Shown: positions 11,885 through 21,533 of the stretch, one piece after another
Layout of the letters: the number at the start of each line of letters is the position of its first letter
Position numbering within the stretch: position 1 is the stretch's first letter
Source of the DNA: Cirrosporium novae-zelandiae
Lineage: Eukaryota
Assembly: GCA_026023565.1 (NCBI GenBank)
Contig: JAPETS010000024.1
Coordinates: 62,001-126,000, forward strand
Direction of reading: 5' to 3'
DNA: 64,000 nucleotides
Notes under the pieces: generated by a model
Database searches by the model: none
Seen by the model: the letters and a program-made list of their open reading frames with translations, nothing else
What the model was told of the DNA's origin: nothing
Position numbers and translations under genes: made by a program

Positions 11885-13531
11885 ATGTTTGCCGTTCCAG
11901 GCTGGTCAGTCTCAGCATCCTCGCTGAAGACTCAAATCGATCCTCTACAAAAACAAAATGTCCCTCAACCAGGGAATCCAAATGGGGAAAATGTTATTTC
12001 AGCGCCTTCAGCCTCAAAAAAGAGAAAGCACAGAGGTGGTCGAAGGAACGGGGAAGCAGTAACAAGTGATAACCTCGATGACCTGTGGAAGAAGCATGTA
12101 GAGAAAACTATACCTTCTAACAAGGGTGAAAATCCATCAATTGATGCAGCTTCCCAAGATGTTTCCAATGAACATGGGAGGAAGCGCAGAAAGAAGGAGA
12201 AGGAGCGCAAGAACGATGAGATGAAGCAAATAGTACAGGCACCATCAGAACTTGAAGGCGACCATATCAATCAAGCCATTAAGAATGAAGATACTACCAC
12301 CCACCCCACCGAGGAAAGATTATCAAAGGCAGAGCGCAAAGCCTTGAAGAAAAAGCAGAAGCAGAAGCAGGAACAAAAGTCCATACGCCAACCCTCCACC
12401 GAAGCCCCTCCAGATACGAACACCTTATTCAATAAGCCCGAAGTACCTCCTGAATCTGTACCACCTACCCCCATCACCACCACGACACTCACACCCCTCC
12501 AAGAAAAAATGCATCAAAAACTCATCGGCGCGCGCTTCCGCCACCTAAATGAAACTCTCTACACAACCCCCTCCACCAACTCCCTCTACCTGTTCTCTAA
12601 AAACCCCGAAATGTTCACCCAATACCACGAAGGCTTTCGAAAACAAGTCGAAGTGTGGCCCGAAAACCCCGTCGACCGATTCATCCAAGACATCCAAACG
12701 CGAGGTAAAATCCGCTCAAAAGGCCAAGAAGAATCCAAAGACGCCTACGCCCACGCCCTGCCCAGAGACCGAAAGGGCTTCTGCCGTATCGTGGACTTGG
12801 GCTGCGGCGATGCCAAGCTAGCCTGGACCCTCCACTCACGCGAGAAAAAACTTGGAATCCAAATCCGCAGCTTCGACCTGCAGGCGCCAAACCACTACGT
12901 CCAAACAGCAGACATTGCGAACCTCCCTCTCCCAGTCTCCTCAGTAGACCTAACAATATTCTGCCTAGCGCTAATGGGAACAAACTGGATCGACTTCATC
13001 GAAGAAGCCTATCGAATCCTCCGTTGGAAAGGCGAATGCTGGATCGCAGAAATCAAAAGTCGCTTCGGCAGAGTCGAAAAGTCCAAGGGCCAACACGTCG
13101 TCAGCCACAGCGTCGGCGCGCGGAGGAAAACCCCAGCAAAACGACACAATCCCGACGACAACGGCTCCGACAACGAGAACCCAGAAACCGAAGAAACCCT
13201 CGCCACAGAAATCGACGGCGCACCCCCCACACCCAAAGACTCCACGGACGTCACCACCTTCGTCGAGGTAATGCGCCGACGAGGGTTTCTCCTCAAAGCA
13301 GACTCCTTCTCCCCCTCCATCGACCTCAGCAACAAAATGTTCGTCCGCATGGTCTTTGTAAAAGCAGCCCCCGCCATAAAGGGAAAATGCGTCGTCGAAA
13401 AACAATCACAGCAGGAGGGAGGCGTAACGTGGAAGAAAAAATCGGCGAAGAGATTCCTCGAGGAGTTGGATGAGGACAAGGAAATTGATGAGGCCAAGGT
13501 GCTGAAACCTTGTGTTTATAAGTTGAGATGA
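11885..13531 (+). CDS. RRP8: 25S rRNA adenine-N1 methyltransferase Rrp8 (nucleomethylin family), single exon
   Basis: MFAVPGWSV start, Lys-rich N-terminus, GARFRHLNETLYT, YHEGFRKQVEVWPENPV, SAM motif VDLGCGDA, FCLALMGTNW, and C-terminal LKPCVYKLR. Confidence 0.95.
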   Translation: MFAVPGWSVSASSLKTQIDPLQKQNVPQPGNPNGENVISAPSASKKRKHRGGRRNGEAVTSDNLDDLWKKHVEKTIPSNKGENPSIDAASQDVSNEHGRKRRKKEKERKNDEMKQIVQAPSELEGDHINQAIKNEDTTTHPTEERLSKAERKALKKKQKQKQEQKSIRQPSTEAPPDTNTLFNKPEVPPESVPPTPITTTTLTPLQEKMHQKLIGARFRHLNETLYTTPSTNSLYLFSKNPEMFTQYHEGFRKQVEVWPENPVDRFIQDIQTRGKIRSKGQEESKDAYAHALPRDRKGFCRIVDLGCGDAKLAWTLHSREKKLGIQIRSFDLQAPNHYVQTADIANLPLPVSSVDLTIFCLALMGTNWIDFIEEAYRILRWKGECWIAEIKSRFGRVEKSKGQHVVSHSVGARRKTPAKRHNPDDNGSDNENPETEETLATEIDGAPPTPKDSTDVTTFVEVMRRRGFLLKADSFSPSIDLSNKMFVRMVFVKAAPAIKGKCVVEKQSQQEGGVTWKKKSAKRFLEELDEDKEIDEAKVLKPCVYKLR

Positions 13532-13899
13532 ATGCTTTATGTGAATGTGATATAAAAAAAGGGGGGGGAAGGGAAAGTAATGACTTGTATGTAGGTATGT
13601 ATGAATACATACATGTACGAGAATCAAAAATCAAATCAAAATCAAATCAAAATCAGGTTATGTATATGAATCCTAGGGTAAGTCCCAGATGTATATATAA
13701 CTATACATACATATCCAAACCACACAACCAAACGACCAACCAAACGTCCTCTTCTCCTCTCTTCTTTTTTTTCTCTCTCTCTTCTCTTTTTTCTCTCTTT
13801 CTTCTTTTCTTTTCCCCTCTCTTCTCCCCTCCTCTTTATATATATATATATATATTTTTTTTTTCTTTTTCTTTCTTTTTCTTTTTTTTTCTCTTTAAT

Positions 13900-14950
13900 T
13901 AAAAGGGAAATGAGACATGAAAAATCTGATCCAATCCGACCCAATTTAACCCAACCCATCTCACATCCTACCCTCCAGACATAAGCTCTCCATCCAAAGC
14001 TCTCCCTCAACCGACGGCTTTCACACTTTCACTTTCACCTTCACCCGATATATCAACTAGTAACATTAACCTTTAACTAGTAGCCACCGACCATGTTTAT
14101 ATATTTAGGTACAGTACATATATTGCATATATAAACCATTCTAAATCTAATATAATACATTCTACTTCTTGTCAACCATAGCATAACACCCCTCTTATAT
14201 CTCCCTCTTACCTTTTATTTTTTATTTTAAACACTTCCTTTCTATATCCCCCATATTCCCATCTCGACCCACCCTACTCTCCCTATTTTTCCCCCATCTT
14301 TATTCTTCCTCTCTTTTTTTCTTTTTCGTTTTTTCTTTTTTATTTCTTCCTTCCTCTCTTTATTCAAGGAGGACAGATATAAGATATGAATAACCTAACC
14401 TAATTTAATCCAATCTAGTCGGTCTCACACCCTGCCCTTTATATATAACCTCTCCATCCAAAGCTCCCCATAACCGGTGACTTTTTCGCCCTCACTCTCG
14501 CTCGATATATCACCAGATTCATCAACTAATAGCTAATAGCTCTATCAAGCTATCAAATATATAGTCTATACAATAACCGATAGCCTATATTCTTATATCT
14601 TGATCTGATCAGATCTAATTTAATCCAACTCCAATCCAATTTAATACACTCTACTAATTAAACTACCTACTACTTCCTAGCTATAGCAAAGTAGAGTATA
14701 GAGTATAGCACACCCCTCTCATCCCTCCCTCTCTCCCTCTCACCTTTCTACCTCCCATCTCCCATCTCCCATCTCCCACCTTCCCACCTCCTACTTCTTA
14801 CGTCAAAACACCTCCTTTCCCTATATATATCCCCTTACATCCCTTATCTCGATATTTTTCGATTTTAATTCCCTTCTTTCCCCCTATCCTTTCTCCTATT
14901 GTCTTATTATCTTTTGTACTACTCTATATTCTATTTTATACCTTATCTCC
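13900..14950. repeat. Degenerate tandem duplication (~470-580 bp period) in the rrp8/msb2 convergent intergenic region
   Basis: Collinear shared blocks: atgagacatgaa ~13910 / ataagatatgaa ~14379; ctctccatccaaagctc 13986 / 14450; cgatatatca ~14046 / ~14504; acacccctct ~14186 / ~14710; aaacacttcctttc..atctcga ~14229 / aaacacctcctttcc..atctcga ~14806. Confidence 0.75.
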
Positions 14951-16793
14951 ATTCCTATCCCTCCCTCTCACCTTAACAAAAAAAAGTAAAAGCAAAAACA
15001 AAAAAAACAAAAAGGAATATATATATAATTAAAAATATACAAGTATATAGATAAATATATATATATTTATTAGAAGATTAAAAGAGTAAAAAAAAAGAAG
15101 AAAAAGAGGGGAGGGGAGGAGAGAAAGGAAGGGAAGGGAAATAGTAAGTAGCAAGGAGGTGGATAGGCGGGATAGATAAAATAAAAGGGATAGAGAATAG
15201 GGATATCCTACACGTTCCTCGTCCTCGTCCGTTTTTTGGTTTAGAATTAGGTAGGTAGGTAGGTCGTTGAGTACGTAAGAGTGTGTGTGTGCTGTGACTA
15301 TTGTTGGGTTATTTTTTTCAATGGATATAGAATAGCTTTTAATTCTTGTTAGTTTATATATACCAATTAGCCATGGGTCATGGTTATGCAAGTATATATG
15401 TATATATGTATATAAGCATGTAGGACATTTATACGGGCACGGGGGACATAGACACAAGTATGTTCCAGAAGCAGAAACAAAGACATGATAATGATATTAT
15501 AAGGATATGACATGATATATACAACAACAAAACATTCAAGTCATAATTACATATATGCATATAAGATATATATGTGTAGGTATTATTAAACGACGACGAT
15601 GTAAGAAAGGGCAAAAAAAGAAAAAGAGATGAAGATCTACGAACTTCAATGCAGTCGTTATTTGTTGCATATCTGTTTGTGTGTCTGGTTCTTTGGTCTG
15701 TGTTCTGTGTGCTGTTGTGCTGTGTGGTATAATTTCTCCCCCCTCCCTCCTCCCTCTTACCTCCAACTTCCCTCAACTATCTTCCTCATCATCATCTACA
15801 CAACCACCCCCCAAGCCCCCCCCAAAAAGCAAAACAAAAACAAAGGAAAAATAGTCCGGTCAAGACAAGTCACATACAAAAAAAATCAAGTACAAGAATT
15901 ATTAATCGTAATAAGGGTTTTGTTGATTTGTCGGTTTATACACATGAGGTTAAAGGCTTGCGCAGTCAGTTTTTTTTTAGCCATCTCCTTGCACTCCTTT
16001 TTGCTGTTGCTACTGCCAAAGCCCTTACGCCCCCTTCCTTCCCTTCTTTCTTCTTCCCTTACTCCCACATATCCCCTCCCCCACTACACCCCCCCACATC
16101 CATAAAAAAGGACGCAAAAAATTTCCGTACGTTAATTCCTTTTTTGTCCCTTTTTCATCCTTATCAAAAATAAAATCATCCTCACAACAACATCGGTTGA
16201 ACCACACGTAATATTAGGAACCGGAGAGAAGAGGAGAACGAGAGTCGAGAGTCGAAAGTCGAAAGCGAGAGCGAAGAGTGAGAGAACAACTATTGTAGAA
16301 CTGAAGGAAGTTTTGTTCCTCTTAGACGTGTTTTCGAAGCGAATCGTTTGAACCATGCCTCCACATAAAATAGCCGCCAATTCCACATCAATCAATCACA
16401 TGCATTTGCTTCCCGTTTCGAATTCGAGAAGGTCATAAGTAACTTCTCCTTCCAAACCATGTGTTTGCCTGATGATTCCCCGAGTTGTGTTTCGAACGTT
16501 ATTTCTAAAGGTATAAAAAAGTTCGTGGGGCAGGTTGTTAATAAAAAGATCTATACAGATCAAGAAAGCCATAAAGTTGGTGATTTCCCTCTCTCGAAAA
16601 AAGAACATACAGTTGAAGGTAGTATAAAAAAGAACAAGATAGGAAAAGAACTCAGAACGCCGAATATTTTTTGCAGCAAGAGGTATCAGTTATCAGTCAT
16701 ACAACAGATTCAGCCGTAAGGAAGCTGGTAGTGGCGATGGAAAAGATTTGACATAATGTTAATGTTTCAATGTAAATGTTGGTGAGTCGTCCA

Positions 16794-19700
16794 TCAATTC
16801 CACCCGAGTGAATTCTCCGCCATAACGGGCGCGCTGATAAATCTTCCACTGGTACTTCCGCCGCTACCTCCGCTTCTTGCACTATTCCGTTCGTTTCTTG
16901 TTATAATGCTTGGGAAACCACTTGCTCGAGCTCCTGTCATGTACGTTGAGCCTGCACCGGGAGCCTGGCTCATCTCTGGTCCCGAGGGGACACTGCTTGA
17001 CCGTTGATGAGTTTGCTTCTTATTCCTGTAACGACGGGCAACCATGAACATGGCCGCACCGTAGAGAGCTGCTCCACCTACGGCTCCCAGGCCAATCGCA
17101 ACAGAAGTCGCTTTGACAGGAGAGTCACTGCTTGTATCCAAGGGAGAACCTCCATTGGCAGCCGATGAACTTGCGGCAGCAGCATTATTGCTATAAGTGC
17201 CAGTGCTGGAGCCTCCAATGGTTGAACCTGCTATAATTCCAATAGCAGGGTTGATCAATGACATTAGAGTATTGATTGTCTCATCATCATTGTTATAGAG
17301 TAGCGAAGTTGGTGTGTGGATATCCAGACTTAGGGCATCGGTCATGTCAGATGGAATGAAAGCGTACGCAAGTGTTGTAACATAACCCAAAGTCCCAGTG
17401 GTATCATACGGCCGCAGACTATTCATAGTGACTTGATCTTCGGTTATGCTGAGACCACTTGCAATACCTTTTGGAAGGTATTTGAATATTTGAGCCGAAG
17501 ATTGACTGTTCTCAACAACGAATTGATAGTTCAAAGCATAAGTAAATCCAATTTGAATAGCTGTAGTGTTTTCAGGTTGAGATGCAATGCCATTAGGAGG
17601 TTGGATGATGCGTGGAAGCGAGGTCGAGAGACCAGTAGACGATGACATCGAAACCGAAGTACCGGTTTCCGTAGATGTGCCGTCAGACGTAGAAGTCTGC
17701 ATAATGATGGAGGCAGGAAGCGTTTGTGAAGTTAAGCTATCTGTCCCTGTTGGTACGATCGATTCTGGAGCCTTGGAAGTAGAACTTGTTGTCGTCGTTG
17801 TCGATGGAACGACCGCTGTGGCCGATTCTGTAGAGCTGGTCTGAGCTACAGTCGCTGTAGTTGATGGAACCGTTGAACTCAAGGCAGTCGATGAAGTCTC
17901 AGGGATAATGGTAGCGTTGGTTGAGCTGGAATCAGTCACCGAGGCTGTTGATGATGCAGCAGTTGACGTTCCAGACGTTATCGAAGCACTGGCGCCGGAT
18001 GCGGTATCTGAAGCTGTCAGCGTAGCCGAGTCCGAGACTGACAGTGTTCCTGAAGACGCCGAATCGGTTGCCGTAGCGGTTGCGCTTGTGTTGCTGTCTG
18101 TTGTCGATGCGAGTATACCAGTTCCAGTAGATGCAGTGGCACTGAGGGTCACGGAAGTGGACAAAAATATCGAGCCGGAGGAATCGGTAGAGATTCCTGA
18201 ACCGGTGTAACTATCCGTTTGCGAAACTGGAATCGAAGAAGCCATAGAAACACCAGTACTAAGTAAAATGCCTGATGATCCTGTACCGGTATAAGATGCA
18301 GTCATAGAAGCAGTCACTCCAGTATCGGTGTTTCCGACACTGGTTGATCCAGGGACTAGATCCGTTGCTGTCGTCGAGGAATCTCCCGAGGCAGTTGCAG
18401 TTGCATCAGTGGTTCCGCTAGTCGAACCTAGGACGACGAGTGGCGTGGAAGTGCTATCATCCGAACCCGAAGCAGAAGCTTGAGAAGCATCTGTGGTAAC
18501 TGGTACAGATGTTGCATCTCCGGATCCTGTGGCAGTAGCTGAAGCAGTATCATCGGTGCTTGTGAGGCCTGGAATAACAACTAGTGGACTAGATGTAGCG
18601 TCACTTGAACCAGACGCGGTAGCTTGAGAAGCTGAAGCTACATCAGTACTTGCTGCGACAGCCGTGGCATCTCCAGATCCTGTGGCGGTAGCCGTAGCTT
18701 CAGTTCCATCAGAACTTGTGACACCTGGAATAACAACCAATGGGCTTGAGGTAGCGTCACTTGAACCAGACGCGGTGACTTGAGAAGCTGAAGCTGCATC
18801 GGTCGTTGCTGCGACAGCAGTGGCATCTCCGGATCCTGTGGCAGTGGCTGTAGCTCCAGTATCATCAGTACTTGTGAGGCCAACTGCAAGTGGACTGGAA
18901 GTAGCGTCACCCGAATCAGATGCAGTAGCTTGAGAAGCTGCATCAGTACTTGCTGCGACAGCAGTGGCATCTTCAGACGCAGTTGCAGTGGCGACGGCTG
19001 CGGAATTAGTGGTTTGGAGACCAACCGTCAATCCCGCGGAGTCAGTAGCAGAGGCTAATAAGCCAGATTGAGAAGTAGCAGCAGTACCAGCATCAGTGGT
19101 AGCGGCAGCACTCGTGGCAGCATCAGTAGTAGCGGCATCGGAAGTAGCAGCGTCGGTGGTAGCAGCAGCAGCACTGGTAGCAGCAGTTGTGGCAGCAGTG
19201 ATGGCAGCAGAAGTTGCGGATGCATCTGGAACGATAGAAGCTGCGATGCCATCGGTAGAGATTCCGACGCCGGATGTAAGGATGGATGAAGCTGCAGATT
19301 CCAATGCAAGACCAGCAGAGGTAGTTACACCAGCAGTAGCAACGGAAGTATCTGCCGCAGATGAAATGATACCCGAAGGACCGAACAGAATTGAAGCTGC
19401 AGCAGTAGTAGCAGAAGCAGCACTTGAGTCGGCAGCAGATGTTGCTTGAACACTGTCTGAACTGGCTGGTAATGCCGTTGAAGCGACATCTGTAGCGGAA
19501 GTCGTAGCCTGAACGATATCAGAGCTTGCTGGAAGAGTACCAGTAGAAGCTCTCCCAGAAATATCATATGAATCTGATGTAGTTTGAACAATGTCGGAGC
19601 TGGCGGGAAGACCACCTGTCGATGCCACAGATGCGGCAGCTGATGTTGCCTGAACAATATCAGAGCTAGCTGGTAGACCTCCTGTAGAAGCTCCTTGCGA

Positions 19701-21533
19701 TGCACCGGATGAAGTGGCCTGGACGATGTCAGAGCTTGCTGGTAATCCACCTGTTGAAGCAACACCCGCAGTTGACGTTGGCTGGACGATATCGGAGCTG
19801 GCAGGAAGACCACCACTCGATGCTACTGAAGCAGCCGCTGTAGAAGTAGGCTGCACAATATCAGAACTAGCAGGCAGTCCACCGGTAGAAGCCGCAGTGG
19901 CTGCTGCAGAGGTTGGCTGGACAATATCAGAGCTAGCTGGGATACCTCCAGTTGATGCTCCAGTGGCTGCTGCCGCAGAAGTGGGCTGGACAATGTCCGA
20001 GCTAGCTGGAATACCTCCAGTTGATGCTCCAGTGGAAGCCCCAGTGGAAGCCCCAGTGGCTGCTGCAGAAGTAGGTTGAACAATATCAGAGCTTGCTGGG
20101 ATACCACCGGTAGTACCAACATTAGCGCTAGGGGAGACGGAGAGGCCAACAGTTAACCCAGAAGATGTTGGCTGGACGATATCCGAGCTTGCTGGAAGAC
20201 CACCGGTAGAAGCAACAGCAGATGTAGTTGCTTGGACAATTTCGGAGCTGGCAGGTAATCCTCCAGTAGAGGCGGCACTATCCGCCGCAGATGAGGTAGG
20301 CTGGATAATATCTGAGCTTGCTGGGACACCTCCAGTAGAAGCCGCAGTAGCTGCTGCAGAGGTTGGCTGGACAATATCGGAACTAGCGGGTAATCCACCT
20401 GTAGAAGCCGCAACATCTGCTGCAGAAGAAGTGGGTTGGACAATATCAGAGCTAGCTGGTAGGCCTCCAGTAGAGGCGACGGCATCTGCAGAAGAAGTTG
20501 GCTGAACAATTTCAGAACTTGCAGGGAGTCCGCCCGTTGACGCAACAGTCGCCGCGGCAGTGGAAGTGGGTTGGACAATGTCAGAACTAGCTGGAAGGCC
20601 TCCAGTAGAGGCAACGCTATCTGCAGACGCAGAAGTTGGTTGAACGATATCAGAGCTGGCTGGAAGGCCTCCAGTAGAAGCCGCGGTGGCTGCTACAGAG
20701 GTTGGCTGGACGATATCGGAACTAGCTGGTAACCCACCAGTAGATGCGACAGTATCTGCGGCCGCAGAAGTAGGCTGCACAATATCAGAGCTTGCAGGCA
20801 TTGTTCCAGTTGAGCCTACCGCAGTCGATGCTGCCAAGACAGCTTCCGATGAGGTTGGCTGAACAATATCTGAAGAAGCTGGTAGCCCTCCAGTAGAGCC
20901 AGCAGCAGACGAGGCAGCATCGGCAGAGGTTGCCGCTTCTGAAGTTGCTGCTTCTGAAGTTGCTGCTTCTGAAGTTGCTGCTTCTGAAGTTGTCGCCTGA
21001 ACAATGTCAGAACTTGCTGGTAATCCACCTGTAGAGGTTGCCGCAGATGACGCAGCGACGAACTCAGCGTCTGCAGAGGAAGTAGCTTCTTGCGAGGAGA
21101 CGGGGCTAGCAGCGGTTCCTGCAGAGGTGATGGCTGCTGCTGATGTCGAGACCACAGCGTCAACGGTTGTGGCTGTAGTCTGGAAGGAGGTTCCCAGGAT
21201 AATGGTTGATCCATCGGAATTGATGCTTTCATACACTATTCCAGTTACGGCCGGTGTTCCTTCAGTTATTGTAGAATCTGTCGTTGTAGCCTGTGCCGCC
21301 AATATCAAGCTCGCAAATACGGATTGGAATGAGTTGTCGCTTGAAGAGGTGGCATCTGAGGAATCGCTTGAACTGTTGACAGTCACACTCCTCTTGATCA
21401 CGCGAGGAAGATAGTACTTTGGTCTTTGCGAGTCGCCATGTTGAGGAGCTGGTGCAGCATCGGCAATGCAAATTGGAGCTAGGGTTGAAAAGGCTGTCAA
21501 GGCCACAGCCCAGTTGCTTAAGGATGTTCGCAT
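16794..21533 (-). CDS. MSB2: Signalling mucin Msb2 (MsbA), 1579 aa, single exon
   Basis: Signal peptide, very long Ser/Thr/Ala-rich repeat region, Hkr1-Msb2 homology domain (IQIGFTYALNYQFVV...SSAQIFKYLP...YVTTLAYAFIP), one TM helix (VAIGLGAVGGAALYGAAMFMV) and the conserved tail ISAPVMAENSLGWN. Confidence 0.93.
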   Translation of the reverse strand: MRTSLSNWAVALTAFSTLAPICIADAAPAPQHGDSQRPKYYLPRVIKRSVTVNSSSDSSDATSSSDNSFQSVFASLILAAQATTTDSTITEGTPAVTGIVYESINSDGSTIILGTSFQTTATTVDAVVSTSAAAITSAGTAASPVSSQEATSSADAEFVAASSAATSTGGLPASSDIVQATTSEAATSEAATSEAATSEAATSADAASSAAGSTGGLPASSDIVQPTSSEAVLAASTAVGSTGTMPASSDIVQPTSAAADTVASTGGLPASSDIVQPTSVAATAASTGGLPASSDIVQPTSASADSVASTGGLPASSDIVQPTSTAAATVASTGGLPASSEIVQPTSSADAVASTGGLPASSDIVQPTSSAADVAASTGGLPASSDIVQPTSAAATAASTGGVPASSDIIQPTSSAADSAASTGGLPASSEIVQATTSAVASTGGLPASSDIVQPTSSGLTVGLSVSPSANVGTTGGIPASSDIVQPTSAAATGASTGASTGASTGGIPASSDIVQPTSAAAATGASTGGIPASSDIVQPTSAAATAASTGGLPASSDIVQPTSTAAASVASSGGLPASSDIVQPTSTAGVASTGGLPASSDIVQATSSGASQGASTGGLPASSDIVQATSAAASVASTGGLPASSDIVQTTSDSYDISGRASTGTLPASSDIVQATTSATDVASTALPASSDSVQATSAADSSAASATTAAASILFGPSGIISSAADTSVATAGVTTSAGLALESAASSILTSGVGISTDGIAASIVPDASATSAAITAATTAATSAAAATTDAATSDAATTDAATSAAATTDAGTAATSQSGLLASATDSAGLTVGLQTTNSAAVATATASEDATAVAASTDAASQATASDSGDATSSPLAVGLTSTDDTGATATATGSGDATAVAATTDAASASQVTASGSSDATSSPLVVIPGVTSSDGTEATATATGSGDATAVAASTDVASASQATASGSSDATSSPLVVIPGLTSTDDTASATATGSGDATSVPVTTDASQASASGSDDSTSTPLVVLGSTSGTTDATATASGDSSTTATDLVPGSTSVGNTDTGVTASMTASYTGTGSSGILLSTGVSMASSIPVSQTDSYTGSGISTDSSGSIFLSTSVTLSATASTGTGILASTTDSNTSATATATDSASSGTLSVSDSATLTASDTASGASASITSGTSTAASSTASVTDSSSTNATIIPETSSTALSSTVPSTTATVAQTSSTESATAVVPSTTTTTSSTSKAPESIVPTGTDSLTSQTLPASIIMQTSTSDGTSTETGTSVSMSSSTGLSTSLPRIIQPPNGIASQPENTTAIQIGFTYALNYQFVVENSQSSAQIFKYLPKGIASGLSITEDQVTMNSLRPYDTTGTLGYVTTLAYAFIPSDMTDALSLDIHTPTSLLYNNDDETINTLMSLINPAIGIIAGSTIGGSSTGTYSNNAAAASSSAANGGSPLDTSSDSPVKATSVAIGLGAVGGAALYGAAMFMVARRYRNKKQTHQRSSSVPSGPEMSQAPGAGSTYMTGARASGFPSIITRNERNSARSGGSGGSTSGRFISAPVMAENSLGWN
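18390..18990 (-). repeat. Second intragenic repeat family in msb2 (~48-54 aa unit, ~4 copies)
   Basis: Recurrent ATATGSGDATAVAASTD..ASQ.TASGSSDATSSPLVV unit in the translation. Confidence 0.85.
19440..21040 (-). repeat. Intragenic tandem repeat in msb2, ~22 copies of ASTGGLPASSDIVQPTS plus short linkers
   Basis: Counted directly in the translation. It also contains a short SEAAT x4 (15-bp) array at ~20930-20995. Confidence 0.95.

Noticed and set aside
13528..16719. ORF-track calls between rrp8 and msb2
   Set aside because: Low-complexity F/L/K/Y-rich translations, probably 3' UTR and spacer.
19440..21040. Regular repeat-plus-variable-linker pattern resembling a CRISPR array
   Set aside because: It lies in frame in the eukaryotic msb2 ORF, the repeats vary at synonymous positions, and there are no cas genes.
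17433..21414. Numerous antisense and alternate-frame ORFs over msb2
   Set aside because: Shadow ORFs caused by repetitive GCN/TCN/ACN codons.
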